Assembly (NCBI GenBank): GCA_964384965.1
Contig: CAYLLR010000001.1
Coordinates: forward strand, 2,568-66,567
Direction of reading: 5' to 3'
Length of the DNA: 64,000 nt
Origin: Candidatus Woesearchaeota archaeon
GTDB taxonomy: Archaea > Nanobdellota > Nanobdellia > Pacearchaeales > GW2011-AR1
Under the pieces are notes generated by a model. It saw nothing but the letters and a program-made list of their open reading frames with translations, had not been told where the DNA came from and searched no databases. Positions 60,360 to 64,000 of the stretch are shown here, in pieces (the first letter of the stretch is position 1; each line of letters begins with the position of its first letter). The translations under genes and the position numbers were made by a program.

Positions 60360-60908
60360 ATGAAAAAAATTTATATAATTCATGGATGGGGTTTTGATTC
60401 AAATATACCTTGGATTAACTGGCTTGAAGGAGAATTAAAAGGAAGGGGGTTCGAAGTTCATTCTTTTGATATGCCAAATACGCCAGAACCAAAAATAGAG
60501 GAGTGGGTTAAATACCTTGAAAAAAATGTTTTAGAGATTAGTGAAGAAACTTTTTTTATCGGTCATAGCATTGGATGTCAAACAATTATGAGGTTTTTAG
60601 AAAAAATTCACAAGCATATAAGAATTGGAGGGTGTGTTTTTGTTGCACCTTGGTTAAATTTAGTGGATTTCAAAGGGAAGGAATTGGAAATAGCTCACCC
60701 CTGGATTAATAACAAGATAGATTTCGAAAGGGTTCTCGACCACACCGGAAATTTTTCTTGTATTTTTTCGACTAACGACCCCTACGTTTCCGTCAAGGAG
60801 TGGAAAAAATTTGAGGTCAATCTTGGGGCAAAAATCATTATTAAAAAAGATGAAAAACATTTTGAAAATGTAAAAAAAATTCCGGAAATTTTAAATGAGC
60901 TCAAATAA
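60360..60908 (+). CDS. Alpha/beta hydrolase (RBBP9/YdeN-like serine hydrolase).
   Basis: YIIHGWGFDS, nucleophile elbow GHSIG, 182 aa. Confidence 0.65.
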   Translation: MKKIYIIHGWGFDSNIPWINWLEGELKGRGFEVHSFDMPNTPEPKIEEWVKYLEKNVLEISEETFFIGHSIGCQTIMRFLEKIHKHIRIGGCVFVAPWLNLVDFKGKELEIAHPWINNKIDFERVLDHTGNFSCIFSTNDPYVSVKEWKKFEVNLGAKIIIKKDEKHFENVKKIPEILNELK

Positions 60909-61467
60909 ATAATTCCCAAACTTCTAATTTTTCAAAGAAAAGTTTTTTCTCCCCAACTAACTTTTTTTTATAATTTTTCCAACTAATTTTTTTTGTAAGG
61001 GAAGAAATTAATAGAAAGATTTTTCCATCCTTATTCAGATGTTTCTTTGCTTGAATTAAGAACCTATTGATTATTTCCCCTCCATTTTTCCCTCCCGACG
61101 TGGCTAAAGAGGATTTTTTATCTTCACGTTTGTCTTTGGGCAAATAAGGGGGATTAAAAATTATAATATCAAATTTTTCTTTTATATTTGAAAATAAATC
61201 CGATTCGAAAACTTTAAAATTTTTTCTTCTACAAAGATTCACAGAATTTAAATTGATATCCACTCCCAATAATTTTTTTACGCCAATTTTTTTAAGTTTT
61301 TCTAATTGAATTCCTGAGCCGACCCCAATTTCTAAAATCTTTAAGTTTGGATTTTCATGAATCATTCGCGGAATTTTCTTTTCCAGAACATTAGAGAGGA
61401 GATATGAATCTTCACTCGGCTCATAAATAGGGTACATTTTATCCAAAGAGGCTGTTAATAAAATCAA
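60901..61467 (-). CDS. SAM-dependent methyltransferase with NPPY motif (HemK/PrmC/Mtq2-like).
   Basis: LEIGVGSGI (motif I), IIFNPPYLP (motif IV). Confidence 0.7.
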   Translation of the reverse strand: MILLTASLDKMYPIYEPSEDSYLLSNVLEKKIPRMIHENPNLKILEIGVGSGIQLEKLKKIGVKKLLGVDINLNSVNLCRRKNFKVFESDLFSNIKEKFDIIIFNPPYLPKDKREDKKSSLATSGGKNGGEIINRFLIQAKKHLNKDGKIFLLISSLTKKISWKNYKKKLVGEKKLFFEKLEVWELFI

Positions 61468-61957
61468 TTAATTCTGCCTTAAAAAGAAAAACTAATGCTA
61501 AAATACCTAATAAGACGATTAGTGTAATAATTAAAATGCTGGTAATAGTTTTATTGCGAAATTTTTTTAAGTCCCCTTTTCCTTCGTAATTCGAAATTTT
61601 TTGAACTACTTTTTCTGGTTCTTCTCTCGATATTTTTCCCCCAAGGGGAGGGGTTTTTGTTTTGCCAAATTTGGAAATTTTCTTCTCTTCTTCGGTTTTT
61701 GTTAAATTATTTTTTTCGTTTTTCTCTTTATCTTGATTAAGGGTTTGATTTCTAGTTAGAACTTCTGTTTCAGAGTTTCCTTTTTGAAGGTAAAGGTACG
61801 CTCTTGCAGCATCTTCAATTTCTTCTTTTTTGTAACCTGCTTGGTAAAAACTCATCATTGCCTTCTTAAGAGTTTGTCCTCTCGCAAGAGCTGCTTTTAA
61901 TCCTCCTAAGATTTCTTGATTTGTGAGGAGATATTCATCTTCTTTTACCATCTTCAC
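61439..61957 (-). CDS. Hypothetical protein with C-terminal TM segment.
   Basis: ORF; ITSILIITLIVLLGILALVFLF near the C-terminus. Confidence 0.3.
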   Translation of the reverse strand: MKMVKEDEYLLTNQEILGGLKAALARGQTLKKAMMSFYQAGYKKEEIEDAARAYLYLQKGNSETEVLTRNQTLNQDKEKNEKNNLTKTEEEKKISKFGKTKTPPLGGKISREEPEKVVQKISNYEGKGDLKKFRNKTITSILIITLIVLLGILALVFLFKAELIDFINSLFG

Positions 61958-61996
61958 CTACTTTAAATAGGAACTATCCATTTAAAAACATGTCTT

Positions 61997-63337
61997 TTAT
62001 ATTTTAATGACCTTTCCGTTGTAAGAAAGGTGGGTATTTTTTTTAACTTCATAATTAAATTCTTGAGAAAGCCAAATCATTGGTTCTTCCTGTTTTCTGG
62101 AACCATGAGCGGGAACAATATGTTTTGGTTTTAACATTCTTATCATTTCCCTCATATCCTCCCTACTTCCGTGTCCGTGAACATGAACATCAACTTGAAG
62201 TTTTACCCCCATCTTTCTTAATTTGTAATCCAATTTTTTTCTTGATTCTATATTAACTTCAGTAGGAATCACACTTGAAGAAAAAATCAAATCATCTCCT
62301 TCTCGAAACTTAAAATTTGTATTCCCTTTTGAGATTCTGTCTAAAATTGAATTTTTCTCTCCTTGGTGACCTGTGCAAACAATGAGGTATTTCTCTCTAT
62401 TCGCTTCAACTTTTTTTAGAATTGAATCAACTTGTCTCCGGTATTTCATAATTTTTATTTCATTTTTAAATGGGGCTTTTCCAACTTTTATTGCACATTG
62501 AACATATTTTGCTAAACTTCTTCCTAAAAAAATTATTTCCCTGTTTGTTCTCTTACCAATTTTTACAATGTTATTCAATCTTTCTATGTGACTGGAAAAT
62601 GTTGTAATAAAAAGGGCACTTTTTCCTCGATTTGTTTTTGAAAATGCTTCTTCAAGTAAATGTTCTGCAACTTTTTCTCCTCCGGGTCTTTTCTCAGTGC
62701 TCGAATAAAGAGAATCCATCACAAGAACCTTAACGTTTTGAGAACCCAGTTTTTTTATTCTTTCATAATTGGGGGGTTTTCCGAGGGTAGGATAATTATC
62801 AAATTTTAAATCAAGAGCGTAGAAAAAAATTCCTTCGGGAGTATGTAATGCTATAAATGCACAATCAATTGTTGAGTGTGTGGTATGAATAAATTCTATT
62901 TTAATATTTTTATTGGTCTTTTTTATTTGGTGGATTGAATTCGGTTCAACTATTTTTAAAGGATTGTTAATCTTTATTTTTGAATCTTCAATTAAAGATT
63001 CAAGAACTTTAATTGTAAAAGGAGTTCCAAAAATTTCAACACCGGGATATCTGTGAGCTAAAAAAGGGAGACCTCCCACGTGATCTAAGTGTGCGTGAGA
63101 AAGAAAAATTGCTTTTACTTTTTTCCTCCAACCAAGTTTATCAAGGATTCTATCGTCGGGAATCCCCCCAACTCTTCTTAATCCCTTAAGACTATATCCA
63201 ATTTTTTCTTCTTCCTGTAATTCAATTATTCCTGGAAGAAAAAAACCACAATCAAATATAAAAACATCCTCCCCTACCTTAACGGCAGTCATATTCTTTC
63301 CAACTTCCTCAAATCCTCCAACGGTACAGATTTCCAT
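61997..63337 (-). CDS. Beta-CASP ribonuclease, RNase J-like.
   Basis: N-terminal VGGFEEVGKNMTAVKV (RNase J-type), LSHAHLDHVGGLPFL, 446 aa, no KH domains. Confidence 0.75.
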   Translation of the reverse strand: MEICTVGGFEEVGKNMTAVKVGEDVFIFDCGFFLPGIIELQEEEKIGYSLKGLRRVGGIPDDRILDKLGWRKKVKAIFLSHAHLDHVGGLPFLAHRYPGVEIFGTPFTIKVLESLIEDSKIKINNPLKIVEPNSIHQIKKTNKNIKIEFIHTTHSTIDCAFIALHTPEGIFFYALDLKFDNYPTLGKPPNYERIKKLGSQNVKVLVMDSLYSSTEKRPGGEKVAEHLLEEAFSKTNRGKSALFITTFSSHIERLNNIVKIGKRTNREIIFLGRSLAKYVQCAIKVGKAPFKNEIKIMKYRRQVDSILKKVEANREKYLIVCTGHQGEKNSILDRISKGNTNFKFREGDDLIFSSSVIPTEVNIESRKKLDYKLRKMGVKLQVDVHVHGHGSREDMREMIRMLKPKHIVPAHGSRKQEEPMIWLSQEFNYEVKKNTHLSYNGKVIKI

Positions 63338-63437
63338 TTTTTACACTTAGAGTAAAGAAAATAAGTTTAAAATGCTTTCTGAAAGCAAAAGTCCCCATAG
63401 ATTCATAATTCCTTTCCCAAAATGATTTTATTTAAAT

Positions 63438-63887
63438 TTAAAATTTATTTTTTCTAAACTCATTGCTTAATTTTTTCATATAAATAAATTCTTTTTTTCC
63501 GTACTTTTTTTTAATCCATTCCAAATTTTTTTTATCAAGAATTTCAATAAGTGTTTTGGTTTTCTTTTGGAGTTCAAGAATCTTTTCTAAAAGAATTCTT
63601 GAGGCGCGTTTTTTAACAATTCCCGAGGCAAAAAAGAAATAAAACGGAACTCCGATGTCTAAAAAACAGGAAGTGTTTGTTTCAACTTTGTTTTTTCCTT
63701 TTTGTTTATATTCAATTAGGCTTAAAATTTCTCCTTCTACATTGTATCGTTGCCCTTTGCCATAAATTAATATTTTTTCATTGTCAGAATAAATTATTGA
63801 AAATTTATTTGCATCTTCATCTTTGTCATATGCTTCCCCATACCAGAAACCTCTTCTTTTTCCGTCTTTTTTTATTGTTGAGAACAA
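63438..63887 (-). CDS. Hypothetical protein.
   Basis: ORF only. Confidence 0.3.
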   Translation of the reverse strand: MFSTIKKDGKRRGFWYGEAYDKDEDANKFSIIYSDNEKILIYGKGQRYNVEGEILSLIEYKQKGKNKVETNTSCFLDIGVPFYFFFASGIVKKRASRILLEKILELQKKTKTLIEILDKKNLEWIKKKYGKKEFIYMKKLSNEFRKNKF

Positions 63888-64000
63888 TTCAATGACTTCA
63901 TTTTCCTCAATTTTTTTCTCTTTTTCTAGTACTCTGGATGCTAATGGGATAATAAAACTTGGATAAGGAGAAACAATCTTATTGAATAGATCTATATTTA

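Noticed and set aside
61997-63337. Annotating the second beta-CASP nuclease as aCPSF2 rather than RNase J.
   Set aside because: The N-terminal GGfEEVGKNM block is characteristic of RNase J, although the HAHLDH motif is CPSF-like. Kept as RNase J-like with moderate confidence.

Overview
This 64-kb window is AT-rich (estimated by eye at about 30% GC) and reads as chromosomal DNA from an archaeon, most likely a small-genome DPANN-type lineage. Coding density is high on both strands, and neighbouring genes often touch or overlap, which suggests operons. Lineage-diagnostic archaeal genes include gyrB and gyrA, the L7Ae-S28e-L24e and Rpo7(E')-Spt4-S24e-S27ae ribosomal/transcription clusters, Kae1, proteasome beta subunit, Mre11-Rad50, aCPSF1 (KH + beta-CASP), an RNase J-like beta-CASP nuclease, class-I CCA-adding enzyme, KsgA, an Fcf1-like PIN protein, ScpA, a Dph6-like PP-loop ATPase, a Ham1 NTPase, and histidyl-tRNA synthetase with tRNA-His(GUG) immediately upstream. 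Housekeeping and accessory genes include a SUF Fe-S assembly cluster (sufB, iscU-like, sufC), peroxiredoxin, an FNR-like oxidoreductase, and a presenilin/signal-peptide-peptidase homolog. A Dpm1-like GT2 glycosyltransferase sits divergently next to a polytopic GT-C-like membrane protein, and Lrp/AsnC, TrmB and HTH_10 regulators are present. Many secreted or membrane-anchored proteins rich in N-glycosylation sequons occur in tandem arrays. The most notable observations are: (1) a four-gene surface-protein operon in which one product carries a textbook bacterial T9SS (Por secretion tail) C-terminal sorting domain and Bacteroidota-style signal peptides, in an otherwise unambiguously archaeal context; (2) a 1.46-kb two-gene cassette (HTH_10 regulator plus unknown ORF) bracketed by perfect 43-bp direct repeats that duplicate the 5' end of sufB; (3) three tandem paralogs of an uncharacterised protein family sharing an FPxEW-EYFIDFA N-terminal signature; (4) an ATP-cone / PD-(D/E)xK nuclease / HhH fusion; (5) a small lysine-rich protein with tandem KKPAKRK repeats; (6) a tandemly duplicated surface glycoprotein gene with a 282-bp perfectly identical 3' segment; (7) a stand-alone CuA-type cupredoxin coupled to a DoxX membrane protein. 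No CRISPR array, rRNA, transposase or integrase was recognised. All functional calls rest on motif recognition from the translated ORFs, not on database searches.
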